Below the pieces are notes generated by a model, which was not told the origin of the DNA, did no database searches, and was given only the letters and a program-made list of their open reading frames with translations. Shown here piece after piece: positions 1-9,637 of a DNA stretch of 64,000 bases. Every line of letters starts with the position of its first letter. Position 1 is the first letter of the stretch. The stretch lies in assembly GCA_035549295.1 (NCBI GenBank), contig DASZRG010000021.1:2596-66595 (forward strand), read 5' to 3'. Source of the DNA: Patescibacteria group bacterium (GTDB lineage: Bacteria > Patescibacteriota > Microgenomatia > Levybacterales > GWA1-39-11). A program made the position numbers and the translations under genes.

Positions 1-403
1 GCTCCGTATAGTTGAGTCTTTCTATGAATACATGAAGCAGATCTACCATATATTCGGGGTTTTTGTTGAGCGCTTCAAAGTAGTCTTTTTCAGAAATTGT
101 GACTATTTCGACATCCGTTATTGCCTCTGCTGTATGCTTGAGTTGTTTATCCTCATTTGTAAGTGCGCGCACGGCAAGGATACTGCCAGGGCCATATAGA
201 TAAATGATAGTGCTTCGTCCTTCGGGTGACATGCGGTACATTTTGACGAAACCTTTTTTAATAAAGTATATTTTCCGAGGTTCGTCCCCTTCGTAGAAGA
301 CCGTTTTGCCGCTTTTGACGAGGATTGGTTGTTTGCCACCGGAGTATTTTTTAAAAAAAGAAGTAAAATCCGGCGGCAGCCAAATTTTGTCAAGTCTGCT
401 CAT
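1..403 (-). CDS. Crp/Fnr family transcriptional regulator (3' end runs off the window)
   Basis: Not in the ORF track. Hand translation from ATG at 403: MSRLDKIW...KSGKTVFYEGDEPRKIYFIKKGFVKMYRMSPEGRSTIIYLYGPGS...HTAEAITDVEIV, a cNMP-binding domain pattern. Confidence 0.85.
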   Translation of the reverse strand, partial: MSRLDKIWLPPDFTSFFKKYSGGKQPILVKSGKTVFYEGDEPRKIYFIKKGFVKMYRMSPEGRSTIIYLYGPGSILAVRALTNEDKQLKHTAEAITDVEIVTISEKDYFEALNKNPEYMVDLLHVFIERLNYTE

Positions 404-477
404 GAAAAGGTCAGATATTGGTAGCATTATCGGCGATTATAACACAAAACGTATGTAGTCAAGATTACAAAGCAAAA

Positions 478-580
478 ATAGATATTAGATACTAGAGATT
501 AGATATTAGTAATTGTTGACGGGATGTTAATTTTGAATTTGCGTGAATTCTAATGTCTAGTATCTAGTTTCTAGTATCTC
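478..580. repeat. Inverted pair of TAGATAT/TAGATAC heptamer arrays
   Basis: tagatattagatactagagattagatattag ... ctaatgtctagtatctagtttctagtatct. Same family at about 13210-13320, 18262-18285, 18648-18680, 19318-19400, 20050-20110, 50412-50445 and 54600-54630. Confidence 0.85.
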
Positions 581-587
581 TCTTGGG

Positions 588-1757
588 GTGGGATTGTTCA
601 GCATTCGTAAATGTATCATAATTGTAATTGTTGTCGTGAAATTAAGAAAGAAATTGTCATCATATTTTAATCCTCAAAATCTGAAAAGGATTTTCTACAT
701 TTTGATTATAGGTGTTCTTCTTTTTGTTATTTGGTATTTTTTTAACTTAAGTCAATCTGAAAAACAAGTAAAAAATTATGCAAAAAATATTTACAGCAGT
801 TGCCTTGGAAACAAGGATGTAGCGGAGTGCTATGACGACGCATTTTATTCATTTAACAAAAAGCACGTGTTCAGTCTTACTATAAAAGTTCTTGCGGCTT
901 TGCAGGATATAGATAAGAGGGCACTTGGATGTCATCAGATTTCTCACGAAATTGCAGAGGCAGAAGTTGCAAAAGATCCGGTCAATTGGGAAAGAGTTAT
1001 TAAGAAAATCGATTTCTATGCATGTAATGGTGGATATTTGCATGGAATTTTTGAAGGTCATGCACTCGCAGATCCAAAATTTGTAATAAATCACAATTCA
1101 GTCGCGGATTTATGTAGTCAATTTATAAAAGATCAATATCAGGTTAATAATTGCGTTCACGGGATGGGGCATCTCATGCTCGTGCAATATAAAGGAGATC
1201 TTAAATCTGCAGTTTCAGAATGCTCCAAGCTAAGTTCAGGTTGGCGTTATCATTGCTACAGTGGGATTTTTATGGAGAATATGGTGCGAGGATTTTTGGA
1301 GGATCATGGTATTGCAGCGCCATTTCCTTGGACGGCTCAAAATGCTCTCAAGCTTGAGCAAGCATGCAATTCGTTTTCTGGTCTCCCTCAAAGAGCATGC
1401 TGGACAATGATGTCAATAATATATGTATATTTGAATTATGATAATCCGCAAGCTGTTTATAACAACTGTCAAAAAGCACCTGCAGAGGATGATGCGGAAG
1501 ATTGTTACTTGTATGGAGTGGGGGAGATTGAAATTGTTTCAAATTATGACCGTCAGACTTTTCCTTCATTGTGTTTACTTTACAAGTCTGAAAGCACATT
1601 GGGGAAACGATGCATGTTATTTGCCGTTAATACTTTAATATATACTTCGTTCAAAAATATTAGTACGGTACTGAATATATGTTCGAATGTTCAAGATGAT
1701 GCTAAGAAAAATTGTTATCGTGATTTAGCATCAGCACTAATTGAACGTGTTTTTTAA
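588..1757 (+). CDS. Membrane-anchored Cys/His-repeat hypothetical protein (start may be the GTG near 637)
   Basis: N-terminal TM, then repeated C-x-H/HG motifs (CHQISHE, CNGGYLHG, CVHGMGH, CYSGIFME). Confidence 0.7.
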   Translation: MGLFSIRKCIIIVIVVVKLRKKLSSYFNPQNLKRIFYILIIGVLLFVIWYFFNLSQSEKQVKNYAKNIYSSCLGNKDVAECYDDAFYSFNKKHVFSLTIKVLAALQDIDKRALGCHQISHEIAEAEVAKDPVNWERVIKKIDFYACNGGYLHGIFEGHALADPKFVINHNSVADLCSQFIKDQYQVNNCVHGMGHLMLVQYKGDLKSAVSECSKLSSGWRYHCYSGIFMENMVRGFLEDHGIAAPFPWTAQNALKLEQACNSFSGLPQRACWTMMSIIYVYLNYDNPQAVYNNCQKAPAEDDAEDCYLYGVGEIEIVSNYDRQTFPSLCLLYKSESTLGKRCMLFAVNTLIYTSFKNISTVLNICSNVQDDAKKNCYRDLASALIERVF

Positions 1758-1759
1758 GC

Positions 1760-3574
1760 TTATTTATATCTATCAGCTTGAAAGTTGAATAGTTTGGCAT
1801 ATATTCCTCTCTGTTTAATTAGTTTGTTGTGACTGCCTTCTTCGGCTATTTTTCCATTTTCAATTACATATATTTTGTCTGCATTGCGGACTGTTGAGAA
1901 GCGGTGAGATATGATGAGGACTGTCTTGTTGCGGCCCAATTTCTCGACCTTATCAAATATTTCCTTTTCTGCCTTTGCGTCAATTGATGCAGTCGGCTCA
2001 TCAAGCACAAGAACTGGTGCATCTCGCAGGAATGCACGAGCAAGGGCTACTTTTTGCCACTGTCCCACAGAAAGTTCAGCTCCTCCTTTGAAAGTCAGTC
2101 CGAGAACTTGATCATATCCGTGATCAAGTTTTTTGGCGATTTCATCTGTTCCCGAGAAGCGAGCAGCCTCTTGGATAGCCTCCAAATTTATCTCCTCGTA
2201 AATTTTGCCGAAGTGGATATTTTCAGAAAGAGTGTATTCGTATTTTATGAAGTCTTGAAAAATCACGCCAAGCATTTTGTACCAGGAAGCAAGATCGATT
2301 TCTTTTATATTGTGTCCGTTTATTAAAATTTCCCCACTTGTTACGTCATAAAAACGAGCCAGAAGTTTGATAAGCGTTGTTTTTCCTGCGCCATTTTCTC
2401 CAACAAATGCGACTTTTTCGCCAGGATTGATAGTAAGCGAAAAGTTTTTGAGAGTTGGCTTTTTGCTATTTGCGTAAATAAATGTAACGTCTCTAAATTC
2501 GATTTTTGGTGGATTTTTCGGGTCTATTTTTATTGGGTTTTTAATCTCTATTGTTTTATTTTCAAGATCGAGAACTCTGAAAATATCCCGAACGTATAGA
2601 CTTTGATCATAATTTCTGCTTACGTTTCCAAATAGGGCGCTAATCCCTCCTTGAAAGTTAAAAACAACAAATGTGTAATAGGAGAGGCTTCCGAGTGTAA
2701 TCTTGCTCATGATGGTTTGAAGTGCTATGTAACCTTCGATTGCTATGTAAAAAATTGATCCGAGAGAATTGAGAAGTAGTGATGTTCCAAGTCGTTTTTT
2801 TCCGACATCGAGATTTTTTTGGGCAAAATTTCTTTGTATATCTAAGATTTCATCCAAAAATTTGTTAGACGTTCCAAATATTCTCATCTCCTTAATCCCT
2901 TCTCTGTGTTGAATAAGCTCTGATAAGTACCAGAATTTCTTCCTAAGCGGTGAATTCTTAGACCAGATTTTCCATAGAATTTTTGAATAATAAAGTTGAT
3001 TTATGAATGCAGGAATTGCCGCGATTATTATAAATAATGCGAGTGGAGCGCTGAGAGTTGCAAGCGCGATAAAGGAGATGACTATTTGTATGATGCTTCC
3101 TATTGAGCTAAATATGGTCGCGTAGAGATTGAGCGGCATCCATACGTATCCTTCGCGAACTTTTTGAAGCATGTCTCGAAATTTATCGTTCTCAAAATAT
3201 TCAATATCAAGAGTTGTCAGCTTTGAGAGAACTACTTGATATAAATTAACGGGAATTTGTACCCAGGTAATAAGATCCATGTAAGTTTGAAGTGAAGACG
3301 CTAGATTGCCGGCAATTAGAGTTAGAAGACGAAGCGCGAGTAGAGTATAAAGGTGTGCAAAATTAAATGGCTTGCCAATTGAGTGGACGATAAGATCAAG
3401 AATGAGCGCATAGATATAAGCATTTATAAATGGTATTACTATCGGAATTGTTGTTGCTATGAGCTGACCAATAACAATTTTTTTGTCAAATTTCCAGATG
3501 AGTGCAAGGAGTCTCCTTGAGGTATAAATAGTCTCTCTCGTCTCAGCTAGTTTGTCCGCAAACATCTTTCTCAC
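1760..3574 (-). CDS. ABC exporter, fused permease + ATPase
   Basis: TM domain, Walker A GENGAGKTT, signature LSVGQWQ, Walker B LVLDEPT, ISHR switch. Confidence 0.95.
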   Translation of the reverse strand: MRKMFADKLAETRETIYTSRRLLALIWKFDKKIVIGQLIATTIPIVIPFINAYIYALILDLIVHSIGKPFNFAHLYTLLALRLLTLIAGNLASSLQTYMDLITWVQIPVNLYQVVLSKLTTLDIEYFENDKFRDMLQKVREGYVWMPLNLYATIFSSIGSIIQIVISFIALATLSAPLALFIIIAAIPAFINQLYYSKILWKIWSKNSPLRKKFWYLSELIQHREGIKEMRIFGTSNKFLDEILDIQRNFAQKNLDVGKKRLGTSLLLNSLGSIFYIAIEGYIALQTIMSKITLGSLSYYTFVVFNFQGGISALFGNVSRNYDQSLYVRDIFRVLDLENKTIEIKNPIKIDPKNPPKIEFRDVTFIYANSKKPTLKNFSLTINPGEKVAFVGENGAGKTTLIKLLARFYDVTSGEILINGHNIKEIDLASWYKMLGVIFQDFIKYEYTLSENIHFGKIYEEINLEAIQEAARFSGTDEIAKKLDHGYDQVLGLTFKGGAELSVGQWQKVALARAFLRDAPVLVLDEPTASIDAKAEKEIFDKVEKLGRNKTVLIISHRFSTVRNADKIYVIENGKIAEEGSHNKLIKQRGIYAKLFNFQADRYK

Positions 3575-3767
3575 AGAAACAATTATAACGAATACTGTCG
3601 AATGAATCCGAATTAGTTAGATTATGGGGTAGGAAATTGAACTAAGCGCCAAAAGCTAAAAGCCGAATGCAAAATTGGTGGTGTTCTTTGTTTTTTGTTA
3701 TACGCGGTTGCGTACGACCGAGCCTAATGCTCGAAGAAGGTAAGAACACCAGAAACCTTCTGTAGTT

Positions 3768-4427
3768 GCAGAAAAGCGTGCCGAGATGGCGATTTGAGCT
3801 ATGTAGCCGCTGTGCACTGGCCCATGCGAATGGTGCTGCCGTTTGGCGATTGACCAATCACAGATAGACCACCTAGACCGTTGTCACTTAACGACAGCGT
3901 GATATTCCCAACCGTGACGCTCGTCTTGTTGCTGTTGACGACAGCCTGAAGCTTGACCGGCGCGCCGTTAAAGAAGTAGAAAGCGGCCGTGGGGTCGCTA
4001 ATCGACTTGACGATCAAGATCCCAGTGGGCCCGGTTCCGTCGTCGGTTTTGCCTGGGGCAGCCCAGTGGCCGGTCCAGCCGCCAAGAAACTTGGCCTGGT
4101 CAGGGCTAATGCCATATCCAGCGGGTGTACCCGTGCTCATTTCGGGTGTGATAAGACCTTCCGAGATGAGCTCGTTGATCGGACCGCAGGTGTCGCTTGT
4201 GACACCGTCGGTCAAAACGTGGGCGCTCGACGTGAGCTGAATCGTCTGTGACTCGGCGTGCGCTGTGGGCGCCTGCTGAGAGATCATGGCGCCTGCAAAC
4301 AGCAAGGCTGTAATCACAAATAATCCTAAAAGAGTAGTACGAAACATGGTTGCCTCCAATGCTAAATCGCCCGTGCGAGACCTACCGTTTGTGCTCAAAT
4401 CTGCCTTTCTGCTAATTTAAAATGTGC
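3768..4427 (-). other. boxA/terminal-stem cassette A
   Basis: boxA-like GCACATTTTAAA (4427-4416); 5' arm GCAGAAAGGC-a-GATTTGAGC (4412-4393) pairs with GCTCAAATC (3799-3791) and GCTTTTCTGC (3777-3768, one G-U). Confidence 0.75.
3799..4347 (-). CDS. Secreted hypothetical protein (cassette A), paralog of 9722 and 14405
   Basis: ATG at 4347 preceded by GGAGG; signal peptide ending AHA; FLGGWTGHW motif; GC-rich. Confidence 0.75.
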   Translation of the reverse strand: MFRTTLLGLFVITALLFAGAMISQQAPTAHAESQTIQLTSSAHVLTDGVTSDTCGPINELISEGLITPEMSTGTPAGYGISPDQAKFLGGWTGHWAAPGKTDDGTGPTGILIVKSISDPTAAFYFFNGAPVKLQAVVNSNKTSVTVGNITLSLSDNGLGGLSVIGQSPNGSTIRMGQCTAAT

Positions 4428-4499
4428 TGACTTATGGCGAAAAAGTACATGCTTGTCCATCGAATCGACGGACGCACTATCCCTCCGAAAGTCACATAA

Positions 4500-4528
4500 A
4501 GTGTAGCATATTTGAGGTGTCGTGTCAA
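4500..4528 (-). promoter_or_regulatory. Sigma70 promoter upstream of cassette A
   Basis: Minus strand TTGACA-17nt-TACACT with TG extension. Confidence 0.7.
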
Positions 4529-4645
4529 ATACTATAGGACCATAAATATAACAATTTTGAGGCTAATTGTAAGAAGAATATTGGACAAAAATTCTTAAGT
4601 ATTTGCGCTATTGTAATAGGCGGGATAGTGATCTAATATATTGAC

Positions 4646-5947
4646 GTGGCAACAACAAGCAGAAGAAGTTTTCTTGAAATTATTCTCTCTATTTTATTCG
4701 CCTTAGTGGTCTTGTATGTAGCGGTTTATACATTTTTCTATAAGGTAAATACATCGAAGAGTAGTAGTTTTGGCACGTCTCCTATAATTGACGCAAGCAG
4801 TGTATATAACGGTTATCTTTTGATATCTCCATACAACAGACTTCTTGCTCAAAAACCAGAATGGAAGGGGAGCGTCTATCTTCTTGATATGAATGGTAAG
4901 CCAGTACACACGTGGAGTACCAATATGCAAGTTTTGTATTCACTTCTTGAGCCAGATGGCAAACTGCTTTCCGTTGCTGAACAGGCACGATACTCAAAAC
5001 TTTATCCGCCAGGTGGCAATACCGGCACTATCCAAGAACGCGATTGGAATTCGAATATCACGTGGGAGTACAAAAATGATGCAATGCATCATGACATAGC
5101 ACCGCTTCCAAATGGTAATCTGGCAGTAGCACTGTGGGAGCCAACACCACCTGATATTGCCACTCAGGTTGAGGGTGGAGTGAAAGGCACCGAATTGCCT
5201 GGCGGGCTTATCTGGTCTGACAAAATTATTGAAATTAATCGAGACAAAAAAATTGTTTGGTCTTGGGATGCCTGGCAGCATCTAGATCCAACGATAGACG
5301 TAATAGGGCCAGTTCTTCCTCGGTATGCTTGGACCTATACAAATGGCCTCAAATATATGGCCAAAAATCCTATTGACGGAACGCCCGCATATCTTGTCAG
5401 TATGAGGTCGCTAAGTGAAGTTTTAATCGTTCGAAAGTCAGATGGCGAGATAATATGGCGTTCACCAAAAGATCTTTTTAATCTGCAGCATGACCCAACT
5501 TATCTTGATAATGGGGATATTATGGTTTTTGACAATGGTCTAGATCGTATCCCTGCGCCATTTGCTGTTTATGGCTCGCGAGCAATAGAGATAAATCCAA
5601 AGACAAGCAAAGTTGTTTGGACACTAGATGGTGGAGCAGGGGCAATTGATAAGGTTCGTCTTTTTGCCGCAATAGTTGGCGGGGCACAGAGACTGCCAAA
5701 TGGTAATACATTGATAACTGATGGTCCCAAGGGTCACATATTTGAAGTGACGCCCGGCGGAAAGTTAGTGTGGGATATGATAAGCCCGTACAACACAGAG
5801 CAAACTGGACTTTTCCCAAACAATTTTTTGTTTAAAGCCCGAATTTATGGAGAAAACGAGATAAAGTGGCCTGCGAAAATTGCCCCAGCATTTGATAGTG
5901 TTGCGTTTAATCTCCACAACCTTTTATCAAAGATTTACCCAAACTAA
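4646..5947 (+). CDS. Arylsulfotransferase (ASST) family beta-propeller protein
   Basis: N-terminal TM; MHHD, LQHD, VFDNG, AQRLPNGNTLI and EVTPGGKLVW motifs. Confidence 0.85.
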   Translation: MATTSRRSFLEIILSILFALVVLYVAVYTFFYKVNTSKSSSFGTSPIIDASSVYNGYLLISPYNRLLAQKPEWKGSVYLLDMNGKPVHTWSTNMQVLYSLLEPDGKLLSVAEQARYSKLYPPGGNTGTIQERDWNSNITWEYKNDAMHHDIAPLPNGNLAVALWEPTPPDIATQVEGGVKGTELPGGLIWSDKIIEINRDKKIVWSWDAWQHLDPTIDVIGPVLPRYAWTYTNGLKYMAKNPIDGTPAYLVSMRSLSEVLIVRKSDGEIIWRSPKDLFNLQHDPTYLDNGDIMVFDNGLDRIPAPFAVYGSRAIEINPKTSKVVWTLDGGAGAIDKVRLFAAIVGGAQRLPNGNTLITDGPKGHIFEVTPGGKLVWDMISPYNTEQTGLFPNNFLFKARIYGENEIKWPAKIAPAFDSVAFNLHNLLSKIYPN

Positions 5948-6046
5948 TAGGATTCCAGTGAATCAGTAAAGCAGTCCAGCGGTTTAACAATAAAACAATA
6001 TTTCAATAAAGCAGTAAACAACCTTTGTTATTGCATTGTAATAAGG

Positions 6047-7345
6047 TTGTTTACATTTACTTTGCTTGATAATAATATAGACAGAATTATGACGGCGATG
6101 CAGATAGGCGAATTGATAGAAAATTTAGATCAGATAAAACTTGCACCTGAAATATATAAATACGATTCTTTTAACGATGAACCTCACTTTTACGGTTACA
6201 AGACGTACCTGGCACTTTCTAAAAAAATGACAGACGGCATTATGCAGCGCGGTATAGCTGGCGTGGGTACTTCTTTTCTCTCACCAGAAGATGCGCTTTC
6301 AAAGTCAATTTACGAGGCAATGGAGAGGCTTAATAATTTTACATATAAAAAAGCCGACCTAAAATATAGTTCATACGATAAAAATCAAGACAAATTCATA
6401 GACCCAGTTGCCTTTTTGTGTGATGTGAGCACTCGAGAGAAAAGACTAGGCTGGGTTGAAGGGGTAGAGTTGCTATCTGGAAAAAAGAAGTTTTTCCCCG
6501 CTCAGCTAACATATCTAAATTATACACTGCAAAAGAACGAGACATACCTTTCTTACCCTCATAACAGCAATGGCTCAGCAGGCGGCTCAACTCCCACGCA
6601 GGCAACTCTGCATGGCATCTATGAGCTAGTCGAGCGTGACTGTTTGATCACAGCATATTTGAATAAGATTTCGCTTCCAAGAGTTGATCTTGTATCTCTT
6701 CACGACAAGAAAATTGATGAAATTATGCTGCTTTGTCAAAAATACAGATTGGATTTTTTTGTGTTGGATATGACCAATGATTTAGGTATTCCATCATACA
6801 TTTCTTTCATGAATGACCATTTTGGTGGTCCGCCGATTGCCTTTGGGTGTAAGTCAAGTCTTCGTAGTCGAGATGCGATTTTTGGTGCAATTCTTGAGTC
6901 TCTCATGATAAGGATGTCTATAAAGCGCATGATTCGTGAGGGGACAATTTTTGGCGAACACGCCAAAAGTGGCGATTTGTTTGCCGATCGCGCGCGATAC
7001 TGGTTGTTTCCTGGAATGGCAAGTAAGCTTGATTTTTGGACGAAGAATTCAGGCTTTGCTAAAAGCCGCGATAATTTCAAAGGAAATCTGGATCATGAGC
7101 TTGAAGAAGTTGCCAGAAGACTCACAAGTCGCGGATTTAATATCTATGTTGTTGATTGCACAATCCCCGAATTTCGCAAATTAAATTTTTTTGTTCACAA
7201 AACTTTTATACCTGGTACTCAGACGCTTTACTTGCTTGAAAGTGAGAGGAGCTCGGCTATGGACTTAGGTCGCCTGAAGCAAGTTGCAAGCTTTTTTGGT
7301 AAAAAGTTTGTTAAGCCGAATAGTGTACCGCACCCCTTCTTATGA
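6047..7345 (+). CDS. YcaO-family cyclodehydratase (start probably ATG 6089)
   Basis: SIYEAMER, NSNGSAGG and HGIYELVERD ATP/Mg motifs; C-terminal VPHPFL. Confidence 0.92.
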   Translation: MFTFTLLDNNIDRIMTAMQIGELIENLDQIKLAPEIYKYDSFNDEPHFYGYKTYLALSKKMTDGIMQRGIAGVGTSFLSPEDALSKSIYEAMERLNNFTYKKADLKYSSYDKNQDKFIDPVAFLCDVSTREKRLGWVEGVELLSGKKKFFPAQLTYLNYTLQKNETYLSYPHNSNGSAGGSTPTQATLHGIYELVERDCLITAYLNKISLPRVDLVSLHDKKIDEIMLLCQKYRLDFFVLDMTNDLGIPSYISFMNDHFGGPPIAFGCKSSLRSRDAIFGAILESLMIRMSIKRMIREGTIFGEHAKSGDLFADRARYWLFPGMASKLDFWTKNSGFAKSRDNFKGNLDHELEEVARRLTSRGFNIYVVDCTIPEFRKLNFFVHKTFIPGTQTLYLLESERSSAMDLGRLKQVASFFGKKFVKPNSVPHPFL

Positions 7346-8166
7346 AAAGTATCAAAAGTACCAAAGGTATCAAAGGTATCAAAAGTCGGCAGACGCTGAG
7401 ATTGGAGCAGATTTTGGGAAAGCCTATTTTTGAATTTCAAAAGTTTCATCAAATAACGAAAATTAAAAAACTCGGGCTACCAATAACAGTTAAATCTCTG
7501 GAAGAGGAGTCCAAGTATTATCCTGATGAGTGGAAAACTGTCTTTTTCAAAGGTTACTCACGATTTGAGGAGGTAAAATTACCAAAACCACAACTCAAGA
7601 ATTCAGTATCTTTAAAAAAAGTTTTGTTTGAACGACGTTCACGTCGCGAATTTTCAAAAAATCCATTATCCCGGAAGGATTTAAGTACGCTTTTTTATTA
7701 TAGTGTGGGAGTGAAGTCACCGGATTCAGGTCTGATAAGTAGATTCTATCCATCTGGGGGTGGACGGTTTCCTCTTGAAATATATTTTCTTCCTGTAAAT
7801 TCTGAATTACCGAAATTTTTTTATCACTATTATGTCAAAAATAATAGTCTTGAGAAAATGTTTGAGTTCAAAAAGCGCGATATGCAAAAGATAACTAACA
7901 TTGATTGGGTAAAAAATGCAGGAGGAATAATATTTATTACGGCAGTTTTTAATCGCACTACAATCAAATATGGTGAGCGTGGTTATCGACATGTTATGAC
8001 AGAAGTTGGCTTTGTTACGCAGAATTTCTGTCTCCTTGCATCGGCTCTCAACTTAGCTATTTGTCCGATAGGCGCATACGCAGATGACACTATTAACAAG
8101 TTTTTGGAACTTGACCCACTCTTGGAATCGGTTGTTGGAGTTTTAGTAGTTGGGAAAAATCGGTAG
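7342..8166 (+). CDS. SagB/ThcOx-type FMN dehydrogenase (nitroreductase fold)
   Basis: RRSRREF, RFYPSGGGRFPLE and KYGERGYR motifs; overlaps the YcaO stop. Confidence 0.92.
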   Translation: MKSIKSTKGIKGIKSRQTLRLEQILGKPIFEFQKFHQITKIKKLGLPITVKSLEEESKYYPDEWKTVFFKGYSRFEEVKLPKPQLKNSVSLKKVLFERRSRREFSKNPLSRKDLSTLFYYSVGVKSPDSGLISRFYPSGGGRFPLEIYFLPVNSELPKFFYHYYVKNNSLEKMFEFKKRDMQKITNIDWVKNAGGIIFITAVFNRTTIKYGERGYRHVMTEVGFVTQNFCLLASALNLAICPIGAYADDTINKFLELDPLLESVVGVLVVGKNR

Positions 8167-8207
8167 GATTTGACAGCTTGGTCGCAGGACTCTAAACTGT
8201 AATTGTA

Positions 8208-8708
8208 ATGGACAAGATTTTAAAAATTAGCATAGTGGTTTTGATCGCGTGTCTTGCGTTTGAAGTATATTATTTATATATCTATAAAACAGATAGCGGC
8301 ACTCGCTACGCTACACAGAAGCCTTCTATTAAAAAGCCCCAAAGTAATTCTGCGGTTAGTACGGGAATCACGAATTATATTGCAAGCTTCGATAAGAATA
8401 TTCTTAAAAAATCGGAAATATCAAATGAGATTGAGGGGAAAATCGCCAAGGTACTCGATGCTCCTGGTGTGATGAATCAATTCCAATATGAAAAGGGGCT
8501 GGCGATCGCGCGTTCCAATGGCCAGAGTGTAGTCAACTACTATTTTTTGAGAAAATCAGACATCCCTAAGCTGAAGGTGGTTCAGAATGGGCAAAATATT
8601 CAATTTTCAGATCTAAAAATAGGTGATACAATAAAAATCGAAGAAACAATGGATCTGCTTGCAGCACCAGGTAGTAATCGCGAGTCTGTTGAAATAGATA
8701 AATTATGA
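8208..8708 (+). CDS. Membrane-anchored hypothetical protein
   Basis: N-terminal TM; C-terminal FSDLKIGDTI (OB-fold-like); stop overlaps the precursor 1 start. Confidence 0.7.
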   Translation: MDKILKISIVVLIACLAFEVYYLYIYKTDSGTRYATQKPSIKKPQSNSAVSTGITNYIASFDKNILKKSEISNEIEGKIAKVLDAPGVMNQFQYEKGLAIARSNGQSVVNYYFLRKSDIPKLKVVQNGQNIQFSDLKIGDTIKIEETMDLLAAPGSNRESVEIDKL

Positions 8709-9034
8709 AGTACCAAAAACCAAAAATTATAAGTAAGAGAGTAAAGCTCAATATGTTTATATCCGATCGTTCCCGAAATTCACTTGCCTTCAATTTAGTT
8801 GGTCCAGTGTTTGCCCAAAGTACCGGAGGGGGCGGAGGAGTTGGTGGTGGCGGTGCGTCTTGTACCGGTGCAGCAGATAGTGGGTGCGGATTTTGTAATT
8901 GCGCTACCGCTTTTGGCTGTGGCGAGGGAGGTCAGGGAAGTGGCATTCATGGTGGTTGTGATGGCTCAGGCTGTGGGGGTGCTCCCACTTGTGATGGAAG
9001 TAATACTTGCGGTAGTGCGGGTGCACCTTCCTAA
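8705..9034 (+). CDS. Putative RiPP precursor 1 (Gly/Cys/Ser/Thr-rich core, 9 Cys)
   Basis: Leader MKYQKPKI (YxxPx[IL]) ... VFA|Q, then Gly/Cys core; downstream of YcaO/SagB. Confidence 0.8.
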   Translation: MKYQKPKIISKRVKLNMFISDRSRNSLAFNLVGPVFAQSTGGGGGVGGGGASCTGAADSGCGFCNCATAFGCGEGGQGSGIHGGCDGSGCGGAPTCDGSNTCGSAGAPS

Positions 9035-9115
9035 ATTTACTCATAGCGTACTCGTTTCCATGGATCTGCTTGCAGCACCAGGTAGTAATCGCGAGTCTGT
9101 CGAGATAGATAAATT

Positions 9116-9454
9116 ATGAAGTATCAAAAACCAAAAATTATAAGTAAGAGAGTAAAGCTGAATATGTTCATATCCGATCGCTCACGCGACTCACTTGCCT
9201 TCAATTTAGTTGGTCCAGTATTTGCGCAGAGTGCTGGCGGCGGCGGTGGTGGAGGCGGCGGAACCACTGGATCTTGCACCGGGGCTGCTGCTGGTGGGTG
9301 CGGATTTTGTAATTGTGCAACTGCCTTTGGTTGCGGACCAGGAGGCTCAGGAAGTGGTGTTCACGGTGGTTGTCAGGGATCAACCTGTGGTGGTGCCCCC
9401 ACTTGTGATGGAAGTACTACTTGCGGTACATGTTTGGGCGGTCCCGGAAGCTAA
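9116..9454 (+). CDS. Putative RiPP precursor 2 (10 Cys)
   Basis: Near-identical leader, diverged core; tandem copy of precursor 1. Confidence 0.8.
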   Translation: MKYQKPKIISKRVKLNMFISDRSRDSLAFNLVGPVFAQSAGGGGGGGGGTTGSCTGAAAGGCGFCNCATAFGCGPGGSGSGVHGGCQGSTCGGAPTCDGSTTCGTCLGGPGS

Positions 9455-9550
9455 TTTGCTTTCTAAATTCGCGATTTGAGATCATTATCTCCCGATCTTT
9501 TTTTTGCAAGACTTCGAGGCTAAATAGCCTCAATATTCATCTTATAGTAA

Positions 9551-9579
9551 TTGACTTCTATTGCATCTGGGTGTATAAT
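9551..9579 (+). promoter_or_regulatory. Sigma70 promoter upstream of cassette B
   Basis: TTGACT-17nt-TATAAT with TG extension. Confidence 0.75.
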
Positions 9580-9637
9580 TAGGGGGGCTGATTTTCAGCC
9601 AACTGGTTAAGCAAATCTTTAAAGGCGGACTATCAGA

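Larger units (their letters stand above)
8649..9454 (+). repeat. Tandem duplication, 411-bp offset
   Basis: atggatctgcttgcagcaccaggtagtaatcgcgagtctgt at 8649 and 9060; the unit includes the 3' end of the upstream gene plus the precursor. Confidence 0.9.

Noticed and set aside
118-393. 91-aa ORF from the track
   Set aside because: A different minus frame (ATG 403, open to the window edge) encodes a clear Crp/Fnr domain.
8799-9479. Alternative-frame ORFs 8799-9119 and 9210-9479
   Set aside because: Overlapping frames of the precursors; the C-terminal match to 8208 is a by-product of the duplication.
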